A program made the translations under genes and the position numbers. Under the pieces are notes generated by a model. That model searched no databases. It was not told the DNA's origin and worked only from the letters and a program-made list of their open reading frames with translations. From Camelus ferus (taxonomy: Eukaryota), in assembly GCF_009834535.1 (NCBI RefSeq), contig NC_045697.1, positions 24,802,001-24,866,000 of the forward strand: a DNA stretch of 64,000 bases, in the 5' to 3' direction. The stretch's first letter is position 1. The number at the start of each line of letters is the position of its first letter. Positions 50,959-64,000 of the stretch are shown here, piece after piece.

Positions 50959-53900
50959 CTGCTCTAATATTTCTGTGCCATTTAAATAAATAACAAGAAG
51001 AAATTGTAGTGAAAAAAGAGTAAAAGAATAAAATGATGTGAAGATAATTTACTGAAAAGAATAAAGCTAAGCAAATGTAACCAAGATTTTTCAACCAAAT
51101 TTCTTAGAACCACACTTTGAATAGTTTAATAAATTTAAACAGCTAAAATTTGTTAAATAGTTTTGGCATCTATCAGAAAAGATCTGAGGCTTATTCCAGT
51201 GAGAACGGATGAAGTAAACATGCAAGATACTCAAACGCAAGGTCTCCATTTTGTGAAGTTAGAGTTAAGAGCTAATAGAACTACTCAGCTTGCACCTCTG
51301 GGCACTTTTTAACTTGTAGAGAATGAACAACAATCTGTTTCTATGCATGCACAGCTGTTCACTCCTGTGAAGTCCAAAGCATTCCTATTAAATAAGATTC
51401 CACTTCAACTCCATTTTTTTTCAAAACATAAATATAATGAATATGCCAGAGTTATTAACTTTCAATGAATTAATATATATCAATATTGATCAACTACTTC
51501 ACATTATTTAGAATCATTCCATGTCTAGTGATTTATTAAATGCAATATTCTTACTTCATAGGATGAGGTAAAGAAGCAGCAAGCCATTCAAAGAGGAAAC
51601 TGCCCTTATGCACATATATCTGGGCCTGGATGCCTAGGTGAGGTTGTGTGACTCATACAGACAACAACAAACAATTGTATTAAGATCTGTTGGGAGGATT
51701 GGCAACTCGATTGTTTTTATAGCCATAAGAAAAAACCGTAATGGAATAAAGGTTTATTCCATTCTTCTTAGACAATAAATCCATAAAATTAAGGTTAAAT
51801 TCGAATTATATTGAAAGTCTGGATTTCAGTCTAAATTATTTACGAAGAGAGAGAGAGAGAGAGAAGAAAAATGGCTAGATTAAAAATATTAATTTATCTT
51901 ATGGGTACTAAACCAAAGCCCAAGTGGGTAAAATTCTTTTAACTTTAAAATTATTTTGATGGACTTTTTCTCAGCATCTTAAGTACTAGCAGTAACAATA
52001 TTAATTTTTTAAAAATATGCTTTATATATCTCTGGGCATTAAAAGTTCCCTTTTATCCCTCCTCTGAAGGAGAGCTGATTAACGATTGTTTTTCTCTATT
52101 GTTATAGTCGCTTATATTCATTTTTGTAAATCTTTGATATTTAATATGCTCTATATTAAATTTACCAGTGAGTGTGTTTTAAATTTCTTGTCTTATTTAG
52201 AGACTTCTCAGAAGAGTCTTCAGCTGTCAATACATTAAGTCTCGAGAAGTGTTTGCTTCCCTCAACAATGAAAATTCAGCACCATCCACAACTAGAAAAA
52301 CTAGTTTATTGACAGTCTGCCTGATCTAATGGGAACTGAGTCTAACAGCCTCACTACACCTTATAAGAAGTTAATGAGAAAAGAGACTAATCATGCCACC
52401 TTTGAATATCGGCACAACATGACTTCACATAATTTGCCATAGATACATCTTCTTTAGTCTATGTGATCATTAGTTGTCAAAATTAGGGTTGCTTTAGCAA
52501 AAGTTATTTTATTTTTTCCCTAATTATATTTCAGGAATCAAAAAACAGACTCTAAATTGATTAAATAGCTAGAATATGGACCAAGTGCCAAAGGTTGAAA
52601 TGAGTTAAAATTAAGTACTCTGAATTTAAAGCAAAGACGACTTTAGGGAAAACTAAAAGACCTTGAATATGCAAGGTTTCCTGTGAGGTTTAAAAGTTGA
52701 TGTTATTCGTTATTCACCTCTAATTAGTATTTAAAATTTAACTTCAGCTGTCATAAAGGTTAAATTAGATATGATTATGAAGTTTTTATCACAAATAGGT
52801 AGAAACTAGGGTGAGTCATTCATCCTTGTATTTGACTCTCTCAGCCCAATTGGGGAAATTAAATTAGAACATTTTGAAGGCTTCAAAGCCTTACTGAGAT
52901 TGTTCATGAAAAGAGTTGTAAAACTCCTATGTAAGATATTTCTTTGATAGTAAGAATAGTAATTTTTTCTATGTTTGTTTAAAATGTCCTTTAACCTAAA
53001 ATGCATGCACGCTGCATTATTTATGTAGATCTCAATAAGCCTGAAATTTGTGAATGAGGTCATGTACCTTCTGAACATTTTTCACATCGCCTGCATCAAT
53101 AATTTATCAATAAATGCTCTTCTTTAAGCATCACACTATATTTGAGTCCCATTTCCTTGGCCCATGCAGCTCCTCCACTTGTAAAAATTAGACAAGACTA
53201 CACATTATTCAAATAGGGGTAGGTTTCACCAAAGTCCCATCTCGGGACTTTCCTGATTGTGTTTTCCTAATTCTGTTAATTTCTTTTCCTTCTTTGTTCT
53301 ACTTTATCTTATACCATTCTGCCCTGCTGTTTTGCCTTCTTATTTCAGTATTTTTATTATTCTTCCACGATGATCTTCAAAATACATGCCATCAAATTCT
53401 AATTTTCCATTATAAATACAACATTATTTAAGGTTTTACTACCCTGCATACAATCTGAAATATTATGTATGCTTGCATCACTTGTTTAAAGGAACATTTA
53501 TGTGATATTTCAGCTAACTCCAAATTGGATATGAATTCTCTCTCCAAAAATTAAATAAATAAAAAAAAAAAACTCAATAGCTCTCATTCCATAGGATATG
53601 GATTAGTCTCTTAGCAGAGCAAAAGAATTCATAATTAGGAGCAGAAAGCACTGGGAGAACACAGAAGGCTCAAGAAGTTAGATCAAAGAGCAGATATAAT
53701 AAGAGCTAACACTAATTTAGTGATTAATATGTGCTAAGTATAAAATTAGGCACTTCACTGGTATCATTGCATTTATTCTCATACTAAACTAATGAGGTCA
53801 CCACCAATAATACCCCCAAGTACACATAAAGAAACTAAAAATAAACAACTTTACAAAGATCACACAGTTAGGAATTATTAAATTTGGGATTTTAATTTAG

Positions 53901-54018
53901 TAATGCTTCAAAAGCCCATACCAACATCTTAACATATCATATTTATTCCTAAACATTTTTTAGCAGCTCCTCAGGTATGTTTCTGTCTAAAATAATAAAA
54001 ATAAAAATAGGTAACATC

Positions 54019-54453
54019 TGTTGATCTTTTCATGTACTAAGAACTCTAGGCTAATTCCCTGCTAAGAAGTACATGAGGTCCCATGCACTGTGAGCTATGT
54101 GACCAAGGCAGACAAGTACCACCCAGGGAAGAGAGCAGGTTGTGATTTGAGGTCACTGAGAAGAGACAAAACACACACCAGGTGTAAGTAGTACAGTGTT
54201 TACTTACAGCAAGAGAGGAAAGAGAATGTCCAAGATCCAGCCTCTTGCAACGTGACAGTCTCCCAAGGCCAGCATATCCACCCCACAGATGCTGACGTGG
54301 CTGGACACACCACATGTCGTGCTGCAGAAGAAGGACTTCCACCCTGAAATACAGAAAATTGGGGGCATGCCTGAAGGTTACTGACACAGGTACCCAAGCA
54401 GGACAAGCCCAGAACTGGGAGACAGACGCTGAGCACGACTGCCTTTCCCAACA
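54019..54453 (-). mobile_element. ERVL-type solo LTR, subfamily not assigned
   Basis: GC-rich island. The minus strand starts TGTTGGGAAAGGCAGTC and ends ...CAACA, giving TG...CA termini. Confidence 0.55.
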
Positions 54454-54571
54454 AATAAAATATTATGTGCTACTATTCTATACTATAAGTTATATTATAC
54501 TATATAGATTACAATGATATGATATTAGTTACCTACTTTCTTGGAGAAAAGTTAGGTCATATACTCAGAGA

Positions 54572-54573
<2 letters not shown>

Positions 54574-54603
<30 letters not shown>
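54574..54603. repeat. (TG)n microsatellite
   Basis: Direct reading of the sequence. Confidence 0.95.
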
Positions 54604-54604
<1 letters not shown>

Positions 54605-54809
54605 AACACTTTCTTTGAAAATGTATGTATGCTAAGTCTAAACTTTTAGAAGTTCCTCTTTCTATCTCATGTGCAGATCATTGTTTTCATTATCTGTGGA
54701 TCTTTAAAGAAAGATGGAATCCAGGTACACAGAATCACATTTTTTTTTTTGACACCAACCATTTTATGGAGTTAGGCTTCTTCACTGAAATACGTAAGAA
54801 ACAACTGGG

Positions 54810-54980
54810 TTTCAATATCAAGAATGGTGGACAGAATAAAGACCTCTGATCCTCCAGAACATCAAAAAGAGCACTGGAAAAAGCTGTCATATTCAACTTT
54901 TTCAGGATTTTGGAAATTAACTATCAGCTTGCAACAAGGAAGGATCGTTTATTCAAGAAAAATGGCTGAATCCTGGTGTC
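54810..54980 (+). mobile_element. Old L1M 5' fragment
   Basis: caactttttcaggattttggaaattaac...cttgcaaca...tttattcaagaaaaatggctgaatc. Confidence 0.55.
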
Positions 54981-56899
54981 CTCCACTACATTTAGCTACT
55001 TGACAATAATCACCAGTCTTATTTGCTTTTGTATCTTGCTTTCTGTAACATGTGCCTGTCACATCACAGAGTGATGAAGGCTCATCCAAGCCTTTTACAG
55101 AAAGACTTCTCCCAGCCCTGCAAGCTGGAGGTGGCTGCCTCCAGTATCTGTAGGAGAAACCCGACTCCTGTGAACATCCACGGAACGGAGAGCTCTGTGT
55201 GGCCATGCCTGCCTCCTCCTGTGGCTCATTCGCCCTGTTCTCCACTGCCATTAGCAATCTAACTATAAAATAAATCTGGCCATGTCACTGTCTTTCCTCA
55301 AAACAAAACAAAGGAACACTCTTCTGGTTAGTCTGTTTTCTGGCACTAACAATCCAAAGATGGCAAGAGAGGTGAAATAGGGGCTCCTACATATGCAATT
55401 CTTCACATCTCTTTTGGAAAGCAATTTGTCAGTAGCATGTTGACTCAGTCATATCACTCATGGGTGTCTATTTTAAAGAATAAACATTCACGGAAAATAA
55501 CCACCACCACAACAGAAGAGGCCGTAGGTGAAATATGTAACAGCAACTTCATTCTCATAGCCAGCAACCTCTTGGGATTTGGGGGTTGTTATATTATATA
55601 CTACTCTGGTAAAGGACAGAGGACATCTATTGATTAACTTCTCTCTTATTAAACTGGTAGTTTATCTTTATGAAGTCTTTGTGAAAGGTTTGATAATAAA
55701 AAAATTCTCAGGAATTTAATGGAAAATATGACAGCCAGAATAAACAGAATTATCAGTTTTATGTTGGAAAAAAAAAGAGCTAATGGTATTTTGTATTGCT
55801 GAATGCTTAAAGATATAATAGAATTTCCTCTGGGAATATTACTTGCTTTGCTTCTTATTTGCTGATGGTGAAAGTGTCCTTGCCTCCTTTCGCCTGGCTT
55901 GTTTGTGATAATTACTACTGTTCAGTTGAATGTCACATCATGCTTACACGCAAACCATCTCTAAGCTTTTGGGTTTCTCTTCGAATCACTTTTAGAGGCT
56001 TGATGTAATAATGACATTTATAGTAAATTTTCTTTGTCAAGATAGATTTCATCTTGCATCTTTTATATGCCTCTTCCATTTTCCTGAAAATATCATACAT
56101 ATCATAATATTTAATAACATCTTAAGACTACTTTGTTTACATTGCAAAAAAAGCCCTCTCAGTTTGACATTTTAATACAATTTTCTATATACTTGATCTG
56201 ATGAAAAGACCATGTGCCAAGCAAAACAATACACATGCATTTACATGTGACTGGGCTAAGTAAAGACATGCTAAAACTTGGATGACTTTATCTGTGAGGT
56301 ATCTTGAAATACTAAGTTTAAGCTAAGTAATATTACCACATGGAAAGGCCCATTGATGTCCAGTGTTTCTAAGTAAAACTTTTCAATTTCTACACACATC
56401 ATCATATTAAAAAATGTAAAAATCAACTCAAAAACACCTCAGAGTGTTTTAAGTAATAATACTTAAAATACATGCATACCATGATTTTTCACCTCTAGGC
56501 CTTTTCAGAGGCTCTTCTATTGGAATGCTCCAAATTTTCTGTTTCCCTCACAAAAATCCTTCTATGTTTTAGGCCAGGTCAAAAGCTTCCTGTATAGAAT
56601 TCTTTCCCTAATCCACAGAATAAACCATTAATTCATCTGTACAAACTTTCTCATGATTACTACATAGTACTGAGATTTTTTTTTCCTAAAAACTTGTCAC
56701 TCACTTTATTATCCCACTCATTATACTGTAATTGTTTTTTGGGACTTCCTGTGACCAAGGCTGGCCTAATGATAGTATTTTATTCCGGTGGCTACCATGA
56801 TTAATTCAAAGAGTTGGCACATAACCAAAGTTAATTACAGTCTCTCTTTCTCTCTCTCCCCCTCCCTCTCCATTTTCTCTTATGTTACCAAAAGCTTTC

Positions 56900-57160
56900 A
56901 CCACCTCCTATTTTCTCTGTGCTTACAAGGAGAAAACTCTAGTCAGCAATTGAAGAGAAATGAATTTTCATGCACAGAGAAACTAAAGTGAGGAGAAGAC
57001 GAAAAAAATGTCCTGGAGACATCAAGGCCATTGGCTGAAATATTTCCAACAGGCACCTTTGCTCTTCAGAATTATGCAAGCCCATTAACCCCCATTTACG
57101 CCGAAGTTAATTTGAAATGAGTTAATGTCACTTGCAACTGAAAGATTCCTGACTAACATA
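56900..57160 (+). mobile_element. MLT1K/L-like LTR 3' half
   Basis: Ends gtcacttgcaactgaaagattcctgactaacata. Confidence 0.6.
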
Positions 57161-57551
57161 CATGCCTATGTTAAGATGAAGATTTAGCTTTAGTATTTGC
57201 AGAATCTAGTTCAGGCAATTAACCGCTGATTAAAAATATTTTAACCACATTTTCTGTATGATTACATTCTAAGGCACTAAAGCAGAGGGTGTTCTGTTTT
57301 GGGTTTGTCTGAATATTGAATAGGAGATGAAAGAATTTGAGTATTCATGAAAGAAAAAAGTTACAAAGAGAAACATATCCTTCAGTACTTAACAATCAGG
57401 AGTTCAATTTGATGGAGGCTAAAAGTCTCAAGGTAAAACATGAAAGGAAAAAAAGTCTTCACATTCCTTCTGCATACTCACTCTCCCTCTGTAATTATGT
57501 ACAAAATAGGGAAGTCTCATTAAAAAACAAGATGACACCAAAGAGTATATT

Positions 57552-57701
57552 GTTTTGTTTTGTTTTCTGGGGGTGAGGTAATTAGGGTATGAATGTACGT
57601 ATGTATGTATGTATTTATTTATTTAATGAAAGTACTGGGGATTGAACCCACGACCTCGTGCATGCTAGGCACTTGCTCTACCACTGAGCTATGCCCTCCC
57701 T
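57552..57701 (-). mobile_element. Vic-1-type SINE
   Basis: gtactggggattgaacccacgacctcgtgcatgctaggcacttgctctaccactgagctatgccctccc. TSD aaaga(g/c)ta(t/c)att at 57540 and 57703. Confidence 0.9.
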
Positions 57702-58428
57702 TAAAGACTACATTACAGTTGTTGGTGTTTTTAAATTTTTAATTACAATGTCCTTGTAGTAAGAAGGGCATTTTCAATTCCCTATATAACAACAGTGGGT
57801 AGGGAGTTACAAATGGTGAAATCATTTACACTTGGCTTTACCATATGGAGAGCTAAGTATTTCAGAATTAGTTTTTTTCTGGCATGTGCACCTTTGTATC
57901 TTACAAAGCACCAGGAGCCTATGTATTACACAGAAATGAAAAAGAGAAAGTAGTTTTATTGTGTCATCCCCTAGCATGTAGCCAATATGAATTCTTCTCA
58001 AGTGGGTTGACATTTTTTTCTTCTAGATCAGTCGACCAAAATCATACAGGGACTAATCACTAAAGAGTTAATGTCAGTATAATTTCCAGATTGAATGTGT
58101 TGCTTTTTAAAGCCTAATTTGCGATCTCACTGTAATCAGACCATAAGAGTGATGAGCACTGACACCCTAAGTACAGAGCAAAACAGAAAGACATTGTGTA
58201 TTCATGTGTAGAAGGAAGAAATCAGGGAGACACAGGCGCACAGAACTACATCCACATGGCTGCACACACAAGCTGACTAAGACATTTTGCATGTACTTCA
58301 TGATAGATTTTGCATACTGTTGTCATCTGGGCATAGTAAGAGGACAAGGAAACTTCACAAATTAACGAAATGAAGGATAGCAATAAATGTACTGAGAATT
58401 AAAATCCACAGACTAAACTGCAGTGGCA

Positions 58429-58579
58429 GGGGAGTAGGTTATAATTCAGTGATACAGTGTGTGCTTAGCATGTACCAGGTCCTGGGTTCAATTCCTAGTA
58501 CCTCCATTAAAAATAAATAAATCTAATTACTTCCCTCCCAAAAAAAAGAAAAAATAATAATTAAATTAAGTTTTTTAAA
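58429..58579 (+). mobile_element. Vic-1-type SINE
   Basis: gtgcttagcatgtaccaggtcctgggttcaattcctagtacctcc followed by an A-rich tail. TSD aa(a/g)ctgca(g/a)tggca at 58415 and 58580. Confidence 0.9.
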
Positions 58580-59134
58580 AAGCTGCAATGGCATAAGTTT
58601 GGCATCTATATAAAACTCTCTTTCTTTTTAAGTGGACTCATTCTTTTGTCAGTCAGTCAGATTCGAAACATTGCTGATGTGATCTGCCTTTCAATCAGCC
58701 TGAGAGTGTCTTCATTTGTAAAGAGACGGGGGCGAGAATTGGAGGTTCATGAGTAAAACCATCTGGGACTATTGTCTTATACTTTATGCATGACACATAT
58801 TAAGGAAAAGTTTCTGATAATTCACTACTACCTTCCAAACTCTATCATCTATTTTGATCTTATAAATTCAGGCTTTACTAAGTAACAGAAAAGGAATGTA
58901 AGTAACTGATGTGGTTCATATTTTTCTAAGAGTTGTATCAGAGTGAATAATATTATAGAGTCCCTCATTATATCATCATATTTGGAGCAACCATACCAGA
59001 GCCTTGGGATTAGGATACATGTGACACTGATGATCTTGTGACACTGCAGTCAGCTGAGACTTAGAAAAGAAATAGAAAAACTCTACAGTGAACATTGAGT
59101 AGTTTGAAATCCATGTTCGCTCAGAGGCATTTTC

Positions 59135-59136
<2 letters not shown>

Positions 59137-59170
<34 letters not shown>
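59137..59170. repeat. (GT)n microsatellite
   Basis: Direct reading of the sequence. Confidence 0.95.
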
Positions 59171-59173
<3 letters not shown>

Positions 59174-60564
59174 AAGCCAGAAGAGAAAAGAAAGCTGTTT
59201 TCAAAGACACACTCTAGCAGTCAGTCAAACATATTAAGACATACTTGCTGAAGAAGCAGAGTTTGTAAAAGTTAAAGACTTGACAGGTCAGGTTCTGTGA
59301 CTGAGATGAAACTATTATAACTCTCGAATCAACTTTAAGATTTTCAAGAGGTTTAAGTTTAGGGCTCTGGTGCCTTTCAGTAGTGACAGAACTCTGTAAA
59401 ACAACCTGAACCTGCGTATGTCAAGATGAAATATATATGCAGGATTCTGTAGTTGACTTTGTGTGTATTTGGCCAAGGTTGTTCAAAGTTAAAGTCTTGA
59501 ACAACAGCAAAGTTTCCTCTCATATTTTATTTTTGACCAAAATTAACACAAATACCCCAATTCCACCACCAATTTCCCTAAACCTTTATATTAAAGTATC
59601 CCCACAAAAATAATTTGTCAGATGCTTCTTCTGTAAAACGTAAAAATCAAAACAAAACAAACCTGGCTCTGAGAATTTATACAACAATCTGTATCATACT
59701 GAGCTTTTTTTTTTTTTTTTTTCCCAGAGGAAAGTTTCAAAAGGAAACTTCCTCCAGGGGAATGAAAATTCTAGTTCAAACAATCTCTTACAAAGATATT
59801 TTTGGCAGGAAAAATGGTAGTTGTGCTACTCATGATGCAACTGAATCCTCATGAGTAGCTTATTAATGGGATACTGGGTTAATTGACATGACAAGCATAT
59901 AATCAACTTGAAAGTGCTTATCTTTTTCTGACATGGTTTGGTGGTTGGCTGAGATCTTTCAGTCCTTTGTTCTAATTTGGCTGTAAATCAGTTGGATTGT
60001 GTGGCACTAGGGGTTTTGCATTTTGTGGGTTTGTAGTGGTAATCATAAAAGGTACTGGAATTCCAACCTAGTCCTCTCATATTATATGAGCTGAAACAAG
60101 TCTAAGTATTAAAGCATTCCAAGGCAATCCAGTGTACACAGCATATACCTCCCATTTTACCTAGTCCACTAAAATGGTATTTCTTATATAACACTGAAGT
60201 GTATGTCTAAAATGTGGGAAAATTAAGACGTAATGTCATTAGGTAATACAGAGTATAGGCATTATCCAAAACTGAATAAACCACAATATGTTACAATATT
60301 TAGATAAAATGTATCTGAAAAGAACAGTTTTGAATCAAGTGATGAAAAAGGTAATGGGGGGCTAACTTTAGTTAGAGAGACAGTGTAGGCAACGTGGGGG
60401 AAGGAAAAAGGACTGTCCATAGAAACAGAACTGGGAATTAACATTTCAGTATCAATGAGAATATGAGCCACTGAGTTTTGACTGGGGTGGAAAGGTGTAT
60501 TCATTCATACGTTTTTTAAACAAAAAATATGCTGAGTGCCCATTTTGTCTTAGGTACCACTAGT

Positions 60565-60755
60565 TAGGGTTGTCAGATAAGATAAAAAAAACAAACACCT
60601 AGTTAAATTTGAGTTTCAGTTAACAAATATGCTTCCAGAATATGTACAACCCTTGCAATATTTGAGACATGCTTATAGGAAGAATGTATTTGTTGTGTAC
60701 CTGAAAATAACATTTAAATGGGTATTTTTTTAATCTGCTAAATCTGGTGACCCTA
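60565..60755. mobile_element. MER53 palindromic hAT MITE inside an L2 fragment
   Basis: TIRs tagggttgtcagat and atctggtgacccta; internal arms agttaaatttgagtttcag and ctgaaaataacatttaaat. Confidence 0.85.
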
Positions 60756-61534
60756 ACTAGATGTGGAGATAGAATGATCAAAAAATACATACCTGACATG
60801 GCAGAATTTAGAAACAGAGAGATGACAAAAAAATAGACAAATTTTTTAAATCACCAAAATTTATATACCTAAAATATTAATGGAATGGAGGAAGACATTT
60901 TTAGGGAATTAAGTAGCTTGACTCATTACTTCAAATTTTACTTAACCTTCCAAAATAAGTCTATTTCTGACCATCTTTGAAATCAGAGTCTGCCTTCATC
61001 TCCTGGAGGACTCTGTCTCAAATATAATCCATGCAGCAAATCCACAAAAATAGCTGTTTAATGAACATCTTGGCTATTTAAAATGAGAAGCATATTACCA
61101 ATGCATATTTTAACAGTTGTCCTCGAAATCCATGTTCAAATTTCTGAGTTTTTATGCTCATTTTAATATACATAGTGAACTAAATTTGGGTTAATAAAAT
61201 TATTTTCCACAATAACTTTAAAATGTTTTCCATGATTTTTGTCTATATAGGTTTACAATGTCTTTACAGCTAAATTATTGGATAAGGTTGATTTGGTTGT
61301 AACAGAACACTTCCTTAATGCCATTAAATAGTATGTTTTCTTTGTTGTGTTTTCTTTCTCTCTCTCATATTAACTCATCTGAGGCAAAGACAATCTCTTT
61401 CTGCTCAACTTTCTTTAATTTTTGCCTTTAATTTTTAAGGTCTCAAAATGACTGCTTTCACCTGCATTTCTGTTAGGAATCAGGAAGAAACTCAAAACAC
61501 GTATCTTAAGACACAGTATTATATTTTGTGTGTA

Positions 61535-62998
61535 GTTTATAACTTTTTAAATTTAGGTAAAACACACACAATTTAATCACTTGGAAGTGTACAATTCAGT
61601 GGCATTTAGTACATAAAATACTGCACAACGATCATCTCTAACTCCCTAATATTTTCATTCCCATGAAAGGAAACCCCATATTCATTAAGCAATATCTTCC
61701 CACCCCTTGGTAAACACTAATCTGCTTTCTGTCTTCACGAGTTTACCTAATCTGTATATTTCATATATAGGAAATCACACACTTTGTGACATTCTGTGTC
61801 TAGATTCTTCTGTATTTAGCATAAAGTTTTTGAGATTGATCCACATGGTAGCATGTAGCAGTACTTTATTCCTTTTTATGGCCAAATAGAATTCAACTGT
61901 ATAAAGACACCACCGTTGCTTTTGTATTCATCAGTTGATGTAAACTTAGGTTACCTTTTGGCTATTGAGACTAGCGCAGCTGTGAAAATTCTTGTACAAG
62001 TATTTGGACACCTGTTTTCAACTTTGGGGGTATATACTTAGTAGAATTTCTGGCTTATGTGAAAACTTTATGTTTAACTTTCTGAGGCCTTGCTAACTGT
62101 TTTCCACAGAAACTGCAATATTTTACATACCCACCACCATCCTGGCCAATATCTGTTAGTTTCTTTACTTTTTTATAGCCATTCGAATGAGCGTGAAGTG
62201 GTATCTCATTCTGGACTCGATTTCTGTTACACTACTGACTCATGATGTTGGATATCTTTTAATGTGTTTGTTAGCTATTTGCATATTTTCTTTGGAGAAA
62301 TGTTGATAAGTCCTTTGCCTGCTTTTAATCACTACCTTGACATTATCCTTTGATTCACAAAAAAATTTTAATTTTTATGAAGTCCAGTTTATTATTTTTT
62401 TTTCTTTTGTTGCTTGTGCTTTTGATGCCATATCTAAAAGTCCATTACCAAATATAAGGTCATGAGGATTTATACGAATATTTTCTTCTGAGAGTTACCT
62501 AGATGTAACGGTCACATTCAGGCTGTTGGTTCATTTTTAGTTCATTTCTGAGTGTGTTGTAAAATAAAAGCCCAACATTACTCTTTTGCATGTAGATATC
62601 CAGCTGTTCAAGCACCACTTGTTGAAGATTATCATTTCCCCAATGAATGATCCTGGCATCCTGTTGAAAATCAATCACTCTTCTAAGGGTTTAATAACAG
62701 ACTCTCAATTTTATTATATTGATCTATATGCCCATAATTAAGCCTATACTTCTGTTTTGATTATTGTAGCTTTGTAGTAAGTTTTGAAATTAACCCTCCA
62801 ATTTTCTTTTTCTTTTAAAGATTTGTCTATTCTACGTCTTTTGCAGTTCCATATATCTTTTAGTATCAGGTTTTTTTGTTTGTTTCTGGAAAAAAAAAAC
62901 TTCGGGGACACTGGTAGGGATTACACTGAGTTTTGGGGTAGTATTGCTATCCTAACAATATTGTCTTGAAATTCATGAACACAAGATGTCTTTCCATG
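61535..62998 (-). mobile_element. Old L1 (L1MB/MA-like) ORF2 end and 3' UTR
   Basis: aagtgtacaattcagtggcatttagtaca; gtgaagtggtatctcatt; ttctttggagaaatgt; tattgtagctttgtagtaagttttgaaat. Confidence 0.9.
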
Positions 62999-63309
62999 AG
63001 ACACTAACTTTTTAAATCCTTCCCAGCCACTGATGTCTACATACCATGGGCCACAGCTTTGTGACATCCCTATAACTAAAAGGAACTGAGGATTAAGTTC
63101 AACACCATTCTGCTCTAAAATTATTGGAGTTGATTTGTAAAGAAAGAATGTGAAACAGATATTGGAAGAAGGCCAGTTAGCAGGGTCTACACCTCATTAT
63201 AACCAAATTCATGTAGAATTGACAGTTCCTAGTTTCATAATAATATTTTTAAAGGCATTAAAATTGGTAGAACATTTAACAATCAGATTAACTAAAATTA
63301 TAGAAAACT

Positions 63310-63790
63310 GAGAGCTGTGGCTGTTACTGGAGCACATACACATGGGCTTCTCATGTCATGGAAGCTGCATTCCCAGAGGCAACAATTTCAAGAGACAAGA
63401 CATAGGCCTGGCTCTGGAAACTGACACAGCATCGATCCTGCCATATTCTTTTGGTCAAAGCACTCACAGATCCTGGATGGATTAAAGACAAAGGGAAAGA
63501 GAGACCACCTCTCTTTCTAGATGGAAAGAATATCAAAGGATCTGTAGTTATATGAAGACCACTACAATCCATACTGCAGGCACAAATTATTTATATTCCT
63601 GACACATACAAACTACCTCCCTTCCAAGACTACAGAAAGTCTAACCTATTACAGGAACAAGATTAAGCACAAGAACAAGATAAAGGTCTAAGATCTCACC
63701 ATTTAAATCAGGCACAGAAATAAATAAAGTTTCTCAGGTGCAGTTGTTTTAAATCTAAAGATCTATGAACTAAAAAGACAGGTTATCTGC
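63310..63790 (-). mobile_element. MLT1 LTR plus adjacent internal segment
   Basis: ctgccatattcttttggtcaaagca...tagatggaaagaatatcaaagga...accactaca, then internal-like ctatgaactaaaaagacaggttatctgcc. Confidence 0.6.
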
Positions 63791-64000
63791 CTAAGAGTTT
63801 TCTTAGGACTTAACAGAGAATATTATAGTTTCATAATGAATTTATTCTTACTTGGAAGTTATTTCTTATTTTAAGACTCATTTTCTGGGAGCGCCTAGAA
63901 GTGAGAAGCAATTTCATTTTCAAATCCAGAATTTCCTGCACCTTTATATTTCCCTTAAACGCAACTCAAAATCATACTAGTTCCTTCTTTAATCCATCTC

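Noticed and set aside
1..64000. Prokaryotic or viral systems (CRISPR, operons, intact retroviral genes)
   Set aside because: The sequence is CpG-depleted mammalian DNA with no long ORFs, repeat-spacer arrays or gag/pol/env frames.

Overview
AT-rich, repeat-dense mammalian genomic DNA, most likely from a camelid (alpaca, vicuna or camel), because it carries four copies of the tRNA-derived Vic-1-type SINE and young L1 3' ends. There are no prokaryotic genes, CRISPR arrays, rRNAs or genuine tRNAs. Most listed ORFs are chance frames or transposon remnants. Much of the window is transposon fossils: L1, L2, MIR, CR1/L3, MaLR/ERVL/ERV1 solo LTRs, Tigger1, MER53 and MER58A. Subfamily names come from my recall of consensus sequences and need RepeatMasker/Dfam confirmation. 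The main signal not explained by repeats is a chain of seven small minus-strand AG...GT-bounded exons (31829-31950, 29524-29596, 12053-12146, 11376-11422, 10328-10349, 10184-10211, 3026-3069). Their splice phases join into one stop-free frame of about 143 codons, so the window probably lies inside a large minus-strand, micro-exon-rich gene that I could not name. Also notable: a ~1.3 kb foreign, 3'UTR-like sequence splitting an MLT1A LTR; a three-layer L1 > Tigger1 > Tigger1-MITE nest; and a 5'-inverted young L1. I found no firm evidence of a wholly new biological system.
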